This document shows positions 18,718 to 27,681 of a DNA stretch of 38,879 nucleotides, piece after piece. Every line of letters begins with the position of its first letter. The first letter of the stretch is position 1. Origin of the DNA: Candidatus Thorarchaeota archaeon (GTDB lineage Archaea > Asgardarchaeota > Thorarchaeia > Thorarchaeales > Thorarchaeaceae); NCBI GenBank assembly GCA_016840855.1, contig JAEORO010000076.1, positions 1 through 38,879 on the forward strand, given 5' to 3'. The notes under the pieces were generated by a model, which searched no databases, was not told the DNA's origin, and was given only the letters and a program-made list of their open reading frames with translations. Position numbers and translations under genes: made by a program.

Positions 18718-18721
18718 AGAA

Positions 18722-18880
18722 TTACTTCTTCTGGCGTCTCTTTGGTCTGAGGTCTTTGTTCTTGCATTTTCGGCACTTCTTTGCCTTTAATGGATTAGTT
18801 GCTCCACAATAACGGCAAATTGATTTGTACAGTTGATAGTGCTGTGCTAGCCTACGTTTCTCGATGTCCGCTACTGGCAT
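18722..18880 (-). CDS. rpl40e: 50S ribosomal protein L40e (52 aa, not in the ORF track)
   Basis: Manual translation [52 protein letters not shown] shows the C4 zinc ribbon and LRPK; GAGG SD upstream. Confidence 0.95.
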   Translation of the reverse strand: MPVADIEKRRLAQHYQLYKSICRYCGATNPLKAKKCRKCKNKDLRPKRRQKK

Positions 18881-18903
18881 CTTTCAGACCTCTATTTACT
18901 GAT

Positions 18904-18963
18904 GGCAACTAGAGTAGTTTCTAATTGGCCTGCTCGGCTTTCGAGCTGTGTTGTGTTTTAAAA
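18904..18963 (-). promoter_or_regulatory. TATA-like TTTTAAAA (18956-18963) and leader hairpin (18930-18904) of rpl40e
   Basis: Sense strand GGC-C-AATTAGA-aactac-TCTAGTT-GCC. Confidence 0.45.
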
Positions 18964-19001
18964 GCTTGTGCTCTTTCCACAAAAAGACTTCATGTAATTA
19001 T

Positions 19002-19871
19002 TCACAAAGCCTCATTCAGAAGCCTTGCTACATCACTAGGCTTCTCTGCAACTGCAATACCTGCATCATTTAATGCCTTTATTTTTACGGTTGCAGTCCC
19101 TGAACTTCCACTGATAATTGCACCAGCATGTCCCATTCGTTTCCCAGGAGGTGCAGTTCTGCCCGCGATGAATCCAACTACAGGTAGATCATATTCTTTC
19201 TTGATATATACGGCCGCACGTTCTTCTGCATCACCACCAATTTCACCAACGATGACCAGTGCTTTGGTATCCTTATCGTTCCTGAACATTCTAACAGCTT
19301 CTATTGTAGTGAGCCCCACGCAGGGGTCGCCTCCTAGCCCAATGGCAGTAGATATTCCAATTCCTGCATTTGTCATACCTGCTGCAATCTCATAGGTCAG
19401 TGTACCACTGCGAGACATGAGTCCGACATCACCATCGGCGAAGACATGTCCTGGCATGATTCCAACCTTCTGTTTTGCCTTGGGAGTGATGATTCCAGGA
19501 GTGTTAGGACCAATAATCGTGATTCCCTTCTGTTTCGCTGCATGAATTACACGAATTTCATCCTTTACAGGTACATGCTCGGTTATAATAACAACAGGAT
19601 TTAGGTCCGCGGCAATTGCCTCAAGAGCGGCATCGCCCGCAAAAGGTGCAGGAACAAAGATTATTGAAGCATTAGCATTTTCAGCATTTTTCGCTTCAAG
19701 GACACTATCATAGACAGGTACGCCATTGATTTCCTCTCCGGACTTACCAGGTGACGTTCCAGCAACTATCTTTGTGCCATACTTCAGCATGGATATAGTG
19801 TGATATTTTCCCTGTGTACCGGTTATTCCCTGAACTACAACTCGTGTATCATTGTTAACAAGCACTGCCAA
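19002..19871 (-). CDS. sucD: Succinyl-CoA synthetase alpha subunit
   Basis: QGITGTQG, IGPNTPG, SRSGTLTYE, GEIGG, RMGHAGA; TTG start with GGAGG SD. Confidence 0.97.
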   Translation of the reverse strand: MAVLVNNDTRVVVQGITGTQGKYHTISMLKYGTKIVAGTSPGKSGEEINGVPVYDSVLEAKNAENANASIIFVPAPFAGDAALEAIAADLNPVVIITEHVPVKDEIRVIHAAKQKGITIIGPNTPGIITPKAKQKVGIMPGHVFADGDVGLMSRSGTLTYEIAAGMTNAGIGISTAIGLGGDPCVGLTTIEAVRMFRNDKDTKALVIVGEIGGDAEERAAVYIKKEYDLPVVGFIAGRTAPPGKRMGHAGAIISGSSGTATVKIKALNDAGIAVAEKPSDVARLLNEAL

Positions 19872-21017
19872 CTAAACAGCCTCCTTCACAAGTTCAACTA
19901 CCTTTGAAGCCGCCTCTTCCATTGTCTTAAGGAATGGTATTCCAGCTTCCTTGAGAATCTCTTGTCCTTCTTCTTCATTTGTTCCTACCATTCTGATAAC
20001 CATGGGTGTTGTGATATCACCATCATTTCTTGCAGCTACTATTCCTTTGGCAACCTCATCACATCTTGTTATTCCGCCCATGATATTGACCAGTATTGCC
20101 TTCACCTTCGGATACATCAGCGCAATTTCAATCCCCTTCTCTACCCTCTCAGCATCTGCGCCGCCCCCAAGATCTAGAAAGGTACTTGCTTTTCCTCCAT
20201 AGAGAGAAACAGCATCAAGCGTAGCCATTGTAAGGCCCGCACCATTGCAAATGCATGCGATATTTCCCTCAAGTTCCACATAAGCCATATCATTCTCTGT
20301 AGCTAGTCGCTCACGTTCATTTTGTTCAATAGGTTCGCGCTTGAGCTTCTCAATAATCCCCTTGTGTCTGAAGAGTGAGTTGTCATCAATATTCAGTCTT
20401 GCATCTGCAGCAAAGAATCTTCCATCTTTGGTAAGAATCAATGGGTTAATCTCAGTCAACTCAACATCATAGGTTTCAACAATATTCCATAACTTCAGAA
20501 AGAAACTTCCAAGCTGACTGATTTGTTTCCCTCTAAAACCCATGTCTATTGCCATCTGACGAGCTTCAAAAGGCTGGAAACCAAGATTCGGGTCAACATG
20601 CCTCTTGATGATCTTCTCAGGACTCTCTTCAGCTAGCTCTTCGATTGACATGCCCCCTGAAGCACTACCAATAACAACATATTTTCGCTCATTCCTGTCT
20701 ATGGTTATACCAGCATAGATTTCCTGTTCAATGTCTAGTTTCTCTTCAACCAAGACTGCCTCAACTGGAAGATTGTTAATACGCATCTTTAGAATTTCTT
20801 CAGCGCATTTCTCTGCATCCTGTGGTGAGTCTGCAAATTTCACCCCACCAGCTTTTCCTCGTTTCCCTGCGAGAACCATTGCCTTCACAGCCACTGGTTT
20901 TCCAACCTCCGCTGCGCGTTCCTTTGCCTCTTTTGGTGTTCTAGCGACGCCACCCGGTGGGGTGGGCATATTGAAAGCTCGAAAGATATCTTTCGCCTCA
21001 TGTTCAAACAACTTCAT
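19872..21017 (-). CDS. sucC: Succinyl-CoA synthetase beta subunit
   Basis: MKLFEHEAK, RGKAGGV, EINPL, NGAGLTMATLD, FLDLGGGA, GGITRCD. Confidence 0.97.
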   Translation of the reverse strand: MKLFEHEAKDIFRAFNMPTPPGGVARTPKEAKERAAEVGKPVAVKAMVLAGKRGKAGGVKFADSPQDAEKCAEEILKMRINNLPVEAVLVEEKLDIEQEIYAGITIDRNERKYVVIGSASGGMSIEELAEESPEKIIKRHVDPNLGFQPFEARQMAIDMGFRGKQISQLGSFFLKLWNIVETYDVELTEINPLILTKDGRFFAADARLNIDDNSLFRHKGIIEKLKREPIEQNERERLATENDMAYVELEGNIACICNGAGLTMATLDAVSLYGGKASTFLDLGGGADAERVEKGIEIALMYPKVKAILVNIMGGITRCDEVAKGIVAARNDGDITTPMVIRMVGTNEEEGQEILKEAGIPFLKTMEEAASKVVELVKEAV

Positions 21018-21087
21018 TGGTATACCACCACATAGGGCATGTGCTGCCCAAGACTTGAGCCGCCACGACTCTGCTTACGTAAAAATG

Positions 21088-23289
21088 TTACTTCATTGAT
21101 TGCAGAATTAAAAGCAGGCTCTTTTCTAGTTTCTCGCTCTCGTTCCTGGCTCTGTGTTTTGGGTCTAAAAGTTTCAGCAAAATTGAATTTACATATTCAA
21201 GTTCTTCTAAGCAATTTTCAACAATGCCCGGCATATCATCCTCACATACAATTTCCTCAATATTCTTAGAAGGCAGTTTCTTCAAAACACGGTCTACAAC
21301 TTCTTTTGGAATAGGTGTTCGCGCCATGACAACATTTCTCAGAATCGTCATCAAATCATTCTTCTCATCAACAATTGCTCTCATTACTCTCTTTGCATCT
21401 TTTACTGGTACTCCCAGAAAAGCAACATCTCTCCCTAGTTCTGTACAGCGCGTACCTTCTTTGTCACGAACAATGAGTCTATCAGCTTCTAATTCATCAT
21501 AGACCTCAAGTCCACGGAGTGCTTGCATTATCACTCCTCCAGCATAAGGTTTCGTATCTTCCTTCTGAAGTGCATACTTTGCGAATTTTATCAGATGCTT
21601 ACAGAGTCGGTGTTTCCTAATACCTTGATATTTCCATGATTCACAAGAACATGAAACACCATCTTTTGCCCTCAATGTAGTATAATGCCAAATCTCTCTG
21701 CTTCCGCTATGAACAAGACCTTCTATTTTGTCTGGTCTGACTGACACAAATTTTACACTTGTATCAGGTATCTCTTTTGCTCTTGAAATTGTTGATCTAG
21801 TAGAGCGAAGTGTAAGTAACTTCTCTACTGAATGCTCGTCTTGACTCTCAGTCTGACGAATATCAGTTACAAGGTTACTGCTCCCCCAAAATGTGCGCTC
21901 AATTACAGAGAATGGGTCCTCGTTTTTCTTTGTCCCTCCACAGAGCTGCCGAAGGACTAAGTCTTGAACATTCTCAGTTTCATCCATTAGGCTATCAATT
22001 TCCCCAAGTCGTGGTTTTAGGCTGCCCTCTCGATCTTTTTCGAAATATTTCGCTATTACTCTTAGTCTCTCAGACTCATTATCTACAACAACAATACCAA
22101 AGGCTTCATTATCTATTCCTCTTCGACCCGCTGCTTCAAGAACGTCTGTTAGTTGCCATTCAGATAACATAGTAACCGATTCTTCTTGAGAAACCTCTTT
22201 ACCAAATTCTTGCATAAACACCCCCATCAAGAAGACAACAGTTGCTCGTAACCCACTAGCAATAGCAAAGCGTGTTGGCATTATTATTACAGGCACGAGG
22301 TTCTCCTCCCAAGCTTGTGAAAGAGTTCGTCTCTGAACCCTTCCTATTCCCTCGTGGATGAACGCTACGCCTTTTGCGACTGATTTACTCAGATTTAGAG
22401 TGGTCTTACACTGTGGATACTTTTCGGTAACATCACGTGCAAGAAGTCGAAGGTCATCTCTATGTTCAGGGGATAGTCTCAAATCGATGGCTGTAGCCAT
22501 GCTGCCCGTTTCAAATCCACCAAGTTGGAGCGCTAACTCCTCGCAAGTGGTTATGTTTGCGCAAAGAATCATTACTTGCCCTTGCCGATATGTCACGAAC
22601 TCAGTCAAGTCTGACAGCGAATCTTCTGAGTCTTCAAAGGTTTTTACGCTGAAAATCAGCTTCACATCAGTTTTTGGATCCTTCACTATGTCAGCACTAA
22701 GCCATTTAGCAAGCTCATTCATGTCCTCTAGATGTGGACAGATGGCGACATACTGGATGTGCGCTTGGTTCAACAATGTCACTAGAACTGTTTCCAACCG
22801 CGGCCCAATGAGTGGTTGTCCAATAAGATCAAGCCGATCAATCAACACGTAGGTAACGCCATCAATGATATTGGGGTTGATGCGTGATGCTATGTCAAGC
22901 GAAGTATATGTTGCTACAACAACTCGACCAAGACCCTCACCTTCAGCAATTGCGGTTCGTCTTCTAATGATTTCCGACGCTTCAATTCCCAAACGGCGGC
23001 ACTTCTGACTCAATGAACGAAATCGTTTCTCTGCTTGATGTGGGTTTGGACAAAGAACCAGTGCCCGAGCCCGATGATCTGAAGCTACTCTGTTGAGGAG
23101 ACCAATCTCAGCAATCAAGTATGCCTCATCATAATCATATGTCACAAGGAGCTGGCTTTTTCCTCTGATAATTCCTTGTTGAACTGAAATGGACTGGAAT
23201 CTAGTGAGTGTGGCAAGTCCTTGCCGTCTAAGCAACTCCAACAAACGAGGGGCTACCTGTTGGAGTTCCAATTCCCGGAGAGTGCTCAA
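21088..23289 (-). CDS. Predicted inactive Hel308/Ski2-like helicase with inserted SWIM zinc finger
   Basis: Helicase scaffold (LTRFQ, VVVATY, GPRLE, GVAFIHEG, AAGRRG, TELGRDV). Walker A is replaced by TYDYDEAY and DExH by DRLD. SWIM motif CSC-x13-CKH at 21651-21595. Confidence 0.78.
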   Translation of the reverse strand: MSTLRELELQQVAPRLLELLRRQGLATLTRFQSISVQQGIIRGKSQLLVTYDYDEAYLIAEIGLLNRVASDHRARALVLCPNPHQAEKRFRSLSQKCRRLGIEASEIIRRRTAIAEGEGLGRVVVATYTSLDIASRINPNIIDGVTYVLIDRLDLIGQPLIGPRLETVLVTLLNQAHIQYVAICPHLEDMNELAKWLSADIVKDPKTDVKLIFSVKTFEDSEDSLSDLTEFVTYRQGQVMILCANITTCEELALQLGGFETGSMATAIDLRLSPEHRDDLRLLARDVTEKYPQCKTTLNLSKSVAKGVAFIHEGIGRVQRRTLSQAWEENLVPVIIMPTRFAIASGLRATVVFLMGVFMQEFGKEVSQEESVTMLSEWQLTDVLEAAGRRGIDNEAFGIVVVDNESERLRVIAKYFEKDREGSLKPRLGEIDSLMDETENVQDLVLRQLCGGTKKNEDPFSVIERTFWGSSNLVTDIRQTESQDEHSVEKLLTLRSTRSTISRAKEIPDTSVKFVSVRPDKIEGLVHSGSREIWHYTTLRAKDGVSCSCESWKYQGIRKHRLCKHLIKFAKYALQKEDTKPYAGGVIMQALRGLEVYDELEADRLIVRDKEGTRCTELGRDVAFLGVPVKDAKRVMRAIVDEKNDLMTILRNVVMARTPIPKEVVDRVLKKLPSKNIEEIVCEDDMPGIVENCLEELEYVNSILLKLLDPKHRARNESEKLEKSLLLILQSMK

Positions 23290-23556
23290 CTAGTCCCGCT
23301 CCATCAAATGCGCATATGGTGCTATGAGGTTATAGTATATTATCCTATTAGTTTTGTGTGTGCCTTGCCAAAATACCGTAAAGCTTTTCCAAAAATGCAC
23401 AACTTTCTCAGTTTATTTATGCCCTTTAGAATGTGTGTTACCCGTCCTCTCATACCAATCTTATACAGACACATACAAAGTCTCAAAAGGAATCGTCAAA
23501 CCTTTACAAATAGCAAGTATGAGGTTGAGAAATCAGCCATTACAATTGAGGCTTGA

Positions 23557-24303
23557 ATGTTCATGGCTTTCGTAGCTACCACTGATTCATCTTTCAAAAT
23601 CATATTGAAAAAAGACTTCAAGATCAAACCCGGGTCGACTTTCATTTGTGGATTTCATGGTCTCGGTGAGGTAGGCTTTCTGAGTACCGCTCATCTAACT
23701 CGGACCTTAGAGGCAGAACGTGTGGGATTTATCAAAAGTGATATGCTTCCTCTCTTCGTTTCAATGGAGAATGAACGTCTTGTTCTACCATTCGAGCTGT
23801 ATTCTTACGACAAGAAGAAGATGATTTTTCTAGTCCCACGGTTTCAACCACATCAGTCAGAACAATGGGGGTTCATTGACAAGCTCGCAAACTGGGTGGC
23901 TGAAAATAACTTCAAAGAAACCCTACTCCTTGGAGGACTAGACGCTTCCTTCAAGGAAGATGACGCAGAAATGCGATGTGTTCCAACATCTGCTTACAAA
24001 GACATGCTTGAAAAATGGCAGGTCCCTATTCTGGAAGAAGGCTTGTTTGTGGCTGGTCCACTCGCACTATTCCTTGCAGAGCTTGAAATGCATGGTGCTC
24101 CTGCAATTGGTCTACTCACATACGCAACAAGAGGTCGTCCTGATCCGCGGTCTGCAGCAACGATGCTTGAAAAAATCAATGAGATTTACGGGGTTGGAGC
24201 TAATGTCGAGCAGCTTCTAGAGGAATCTAGAGAGATTGAGAGACTTGAGAAAATGAGAAAATCCATTGAAGACTCAGACAGAACCAGTGACATGTTTGTC
24301 TAG
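23557..24303 (+). CDS. PAC2-family proteasome assembly chaperone
   Basis: GFHGLGEVG, LLGGLD, AGPLALFL, PDPRSAA. Confidence 0.9.
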   Translation: MFMAFVATTDSSFKIILKKDFKIKPGSTFICGFHGLGEVGFLSTAHLTRTLEAERVGFIKSDMLPLFVSMENERLVLPFELYSYDKKKMIFLVPRFQPHQSEQWGFIDKLANWVAENNFKETLLLGGLDASFKEDDAEMRCVPTSAYKDMLEKWQVPILEEGLFVAGPLALFLAELEMHGAPAIGLLTYATRGRPDPRSAATMLEKINEIYGVGANVEQLLEESREIERLEKMRKSIEDSDRTSDMFV

Positions 24304-24842
24304 CCCAAACGTCTTATGAACCAACCAATATCAACCAGATTCTTGGCAACAAGCTTCTCTGGTCCAAGTCGGGTCAGCTTTGATGCGTCTACCGATAATG
24401 AGGCAATCCCCAAACACTCCTTATCCTCGTTGAGAACAAGCACTCTTTGTCCTCTCATCAAAGAGAGGTTTAGCTCGAGTACAGACTCCTTGATTATACT
24501 TCTCCCATATGTAAACGCTTCAGCACCTTGTTTGGACACGATGATGAAATTAGAAGTTCCTTCAGCCACCTCAGCTAGAATTTGAAGGCTAAGTCTAAAT
24601 CTTCCCTTTTCTAATGACCCTAGCTCTTTCCCCATGAATTGGATGTCAAGACTGTCTGCTGTTTCCATCAGTTTTGAAACCCACTCAGTTGGTATTGCAT
24701 AGAGTGTCTGACTGCTCTCCTTAGATACGATTACTGGCGCACGGTTTCCAAGAACCCTCTTTGTCACTCCTACACCGAACTCGGTGTCTATTTGCTCAAT
24801 GAGTGATTCCCAGGCAATAGGGTCAACAAGATCAATCTTCAT
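24300..24842 (-). CDS. nip7: Nip7-like PUA-domain ribosome biogenesis protein
   Basis: GAEAFTYGRSI, VLVLNEDKECLG, KNLVDIGWFIRR; coupled to the Nop2-like gene. Confidence 0.75.
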   Translation of the reverse strand: MKIDLVDPIAWESLIEQIDTEFGVGVTKRVLGNRAPVIVSKESSQTLYAIPTEWVSKLMETADSLDIQFMGKELGSLEKGRFRLSLQILAEVAEGTSNFIIVSKQGAEAFTYGRSIIKESVLELNLSLMRGQRVLVLNEDKECLGIASLSVDASKLTRLGPEKLVAKNLVDIGWFIRRLG

Positions 24843-25821
24843 TATTGCTCCCCTCCTTTTTCTTCATCTTACAAATGAAGAACCCCTCAGTACCATGGAG
24901 GTGCGGCAGAAACCGCCTTGCAAGTTTCAATGATTTGTTTAGTTTTATTCCATAGGGTTCTGAATATCCAGGTGAGCCAAACTCAGTAGATATGTTGACT
25001 ATCTCCATCTCTGGGTGACGTTTCAATACATCATCTACCACAAATTCATTCTCTTCTGGAGCTATGGAACAGGTGGAATATACCATTATGCCGCCCTCCA
25101 CAAGAATGTTGACGGCGGCTTCTAGCATTTCGTCTTCTCTTGTCGCGCAGAATCTTATGTCCGCCATTGATTTACTGGTCTTCCTAGTTGGGTCTAAAGG
25201 AATTAGTCCTTCTCCAGAGCAAGGTGCGTCAAGCAATATTTTGTCCGGCGTAAAGGGTAAATCATCTACTTTTTTGGCGTCGCTACGAAGTACGAGAGTG
25301 TTCGTTGCACCGCATCTGATTATATTGCTGTTAAGACTAATCATACGTTGTCTGTCTTGCTCGATTGCGATGACCATTCCCGTATTTTGCATCATCTGAG
25401 CAATATGGGTTGTCTTTCCGCCAGGTGCAGCTGCAAGATCAAAAACTGTTTCTCCTAGCTGGGGGTCCAATACATCAACAGCCGTCATTGAAGGAACGCC
25501 TTGAACATAATAGAATCCAAGCATGTGTTCGAGTAGAGCCCCAGGGGAAAAGCCCTTGAAGTCCGCGTAGAGACCCTCAATCAGCCATGGTATCTCTTCA
25601 AGTATCACTCCTTTTGTTTGCAATCGTTTCATAATCGTCTCTGGTGAGGTCTTTAGAGTGTTGATCCGAATTGCTGTTCTAATTGGCTGTTCGCAAGCCT
25701 CGATGAACCTTAGTGTTTCTTCCTCACCCCAGAGAGAGAGATAGCGTTCAAGCATATATTGGAGATACCCGTATTCTTTGGCAAGTTCTTTTGCTCTTTG
25801 ACGTAGCTCCTTTTTCGCCAT
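24832..25821 (-). CDS. RsmB/Nop2/NOL1-family RNA m5C methyltransferase
   Basis: IRINTLK, DLAAAPGGKT, ILLDAPCSGEG, YSTCSIAPEENE, PHLHGTEGFF. Confidence 0.95.
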   Translation of the reverse strand: MAKKELRQRAKELAKEYGYLQYMLERYLSLWGEEETLRFIEACEQPIRTAIRINTLKTSPETIMKRLQTKGVILEEIPWLIEGLYADFKGFSPGALLEHMLGFYYVQGVPSMTAVDVLDPQLGETVFDLAAAPGGKTTHIAQMMQNTGMVIAIEQDRQRMISLNSNIIRCGATNTLVLRSDAKKVDDLPFTPDKILLDAPCSGEGLIPLDPTRKTSKSMADIRFCATREDEMLEAAVNILVEGGIMVYSTCSIAPEENEFVVDDVLKRHPEMEIVNISTEFGSPGYSEPYGIKLNKSLKLARRFLPHLHGTEGFFICKMKKKEGSNNED

Positions 25822-25849
25822 TCTCCAATCTCCAAATAATCAGTTCTTC

Positions 25850-26302
25850 TTACTCACCAATATCTTCGTTCCAGAGGATTGGATTGTCCTGAATAAATCT
25901 CTCCATCATTTCGATGCACTCGGCGTCATTAATGACTGTGACATCTACGCCTCTATCACGTACATATTGTTCAGGTCCCTGAAATGTTGTATTCTCACCA
26001 ACAATAACCCGAGGTATTCCGTACAGTAACACAGCTCCACTGCACATATCGCAAGGCGACAGAGTCGAGAATAGAACTGCCTTTTGGTATTCCTTTGCAG
26101 TCAGTCTTCCTGCATTTTCAAGACAGTCCATTTCTGCATGAAGAACTGCGCTACCTTTCTGAATTCTCTGATTGTGTCCTCTGCCAACAATCTTGTCATC
26201 GATGACTAGAATAGAACCAATAGGTATTCCACCTTCTGAGAAACCTTTCTTAGCCTCTTCAATTGCTAAAGCCATGTACTTTTTCATTTTCTTGTTATCC
26301 AT
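25850..26302 (-). CDS. Zinc-dependent nucleoside/cytosine deaminase (FCY1-like)
   Basis: EGGIPIG, HAEMDCLENAGR, PCDMC, VGEN, WNEDIGE. Confidence 0.92.
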   Translation of the reverse strand: MDNKKMKKYMALAIEEAKKGFSEGGIPIGSILVIDDKIVGRGHNQRIQKGSAVLHAEMDCLENAGRLTAKEYQKAVLFSTLSPCDMCSGAVLLYGIPRVIVGENTTFQGPEQYVRDRGVDVTVINDAECIEMMERFIQDNPILWNEDIGE

Positions 26303-26311
26303 ATAATCACA

Positions 26312-27565
26312 TCAATCATAATTCTCTAAAGCTATCTTGAGCGCTGATGTTTCTGGAGGAATCAGTTGAGCTTCAGGTGTAAGCCGATCGGGGGTTGCAA
26401 GATCCTTGAACCCTGAGCCTGTAATGGGGACGATAACTCTATCGGAACTATCAATTGTTCCCTGTTCAACTAGAGCTTTTAGACCTGCTAATGCCGCTAC
26501 TCCACTTGGCTCCGCGAATATTCCCTCTAGTTTACCCAGAAGGACTAGTGCCTTCTCAATTTCATCATCAGGAACTGCAACAACTTCCCCCTTTGCAAGT
26601 CTAAGATATTTCAGAGCTGCATCTCCATCCCATGGAAACGGATCTGCGAGACCTCCAGCAATAGTAAAATTAGAATCCCAAGGTGTGATGTTTAGTGGGT
26701 CTTGGCCTTCTTTGAACGCTCGCACAATAGGTGCACATCCCTCAGGTTGTACTACAACTGGTTTCGGGACATTATCAATCAAGCCCAAACCCTTGAATTC
26801 AAAGAATCCTTTCATTGTTCCCGCCATGAGACCGCCACTTCCTGTTGGGAAGAGGACCCAATCTGGTGGATCCCAGTGTGTCTGTTCAGCAATCTCGTAT
26901 CCTAACGACTTGGTACCTTCAAATTGGAAACAATTGAATGGTCCAAAGGATGGTGATGGTGTCCAACCAAATTCCGAACAAGCCGCATGTAGCAACGTTG
27001 TTGTAGGATCAACTCCTTCGCGAACCTTCTTTACCCTGAAGACTTTGGCTCCCAGAGTTCTCAGATGAATGAGTTTTCCTTTTGGAGCATCTTCAGGAAC
27101 AAAAACAACCGCCTGAAGTCCCGCCCGTGCTGCAAAGGTGGACATGGATGCTGCAGCGTTTCCTGATGAGGCTGCTGACACAGTTTCTGCACCATCTTCG
27201 AGTGCTCTACTGACTCCGACACAGATTGGCCTGTCTTTGAAGGACCCGGATGGGTTCACAGTTTCAATCTTTAATAAGAGATTTTTCAGTTTCCATTCAT
27301 CTGCAAATTTCTTACTCTGGACAAGGGGTGTTCCACCTTCTCCCAGTGTTACTATGTTCTTTCTGTGTCTGAGAGGCATCAATTCAAAATATTTCCAAAG
27401 TCCTGGAACTTGTTTCTGGTAACTTTCCCTGGTGATTGTTTCTTTGAGTTTCTCAAGATCGAACTCAAAATCAATTCTTCCTCCGCATCCATCATTTGGA
27501 GGGACAGAGGACTCATCGTACTCCTTTCCGCATTTTGCACATTTGATGGTCTTGATACTAGTCAC
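26312..27565 (-). CDS. thrC: Threonine synthase (PLP-dependent, fold type II)
   Basis: LGEGGTPL, NPSGSFKDR, ASSGNAAAS, PTGSGG, EGIFAEPS, ITGSGFKD. Confidence 0.88.
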   Translation of the reverse strand: MTSIKTIKCAKCGKEYDESSVPPNDGCGGRIDFEFDLEKLKETITRESYQKQVPGLWKYFELMPLRHRKNIVTLGEGGTPLVQSKKFADEWKLKNLLLKIETVNPSGSFKDRPICVGVSRALEDGAETVSAASSGNAAASMSTFAARAGLQAVVFVPEDAPKGKLIHLRTLGAKVFRVKKVREGVDPTTTLLHAACSEFGWTPSPSFGPFNCFQFEGTKSLGYEIAEQTHWDPPDWVLFPTGSGGLMAGTMKGFFEFKGLGLIDNVPKPVVVQPEGCAPIVRAFKEGQDPLNITPWDSNFTIAGGLADPFPWDGDAALKYLRLAKGEVVAVPDDEIEKALVLLGKLEGIFAEPSGVAALAGLKALVEQGTIDSSDRVIVPITGSGFKDLATPDRLTPEAQLIPPETSALKIALENYD

Positions 27566-27681
27566 TGTGACACCTACCCCTCAGGTTTGATACACTGCAG
27601 TTATTTGGCTTATGGATGGAAACACCTATCAACCTGACACACTCGGTATGACTCAGATTTTATTCAGAGATGAAGATTTGA

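Noticed and set aside
17985-18720. Integrated mobile element at tRNA-Val
   Set aside because: No integrase and no duplicated tRNA end; the extra gene lies on the tRNA 5' side
23221-23575. 111-aa and 73-aa ORFs in the pseudo-helicase/PAC2 spacer
   Set aside because: No motifs; they overlap a divergent promoter region and the neighbouring genes
27480-27545. Incomplete zinc ribbon (three Cys) at the ThrC N-terminus
   Set aside because: This accessory ribbon is variable, and the catalytic motifs are intact
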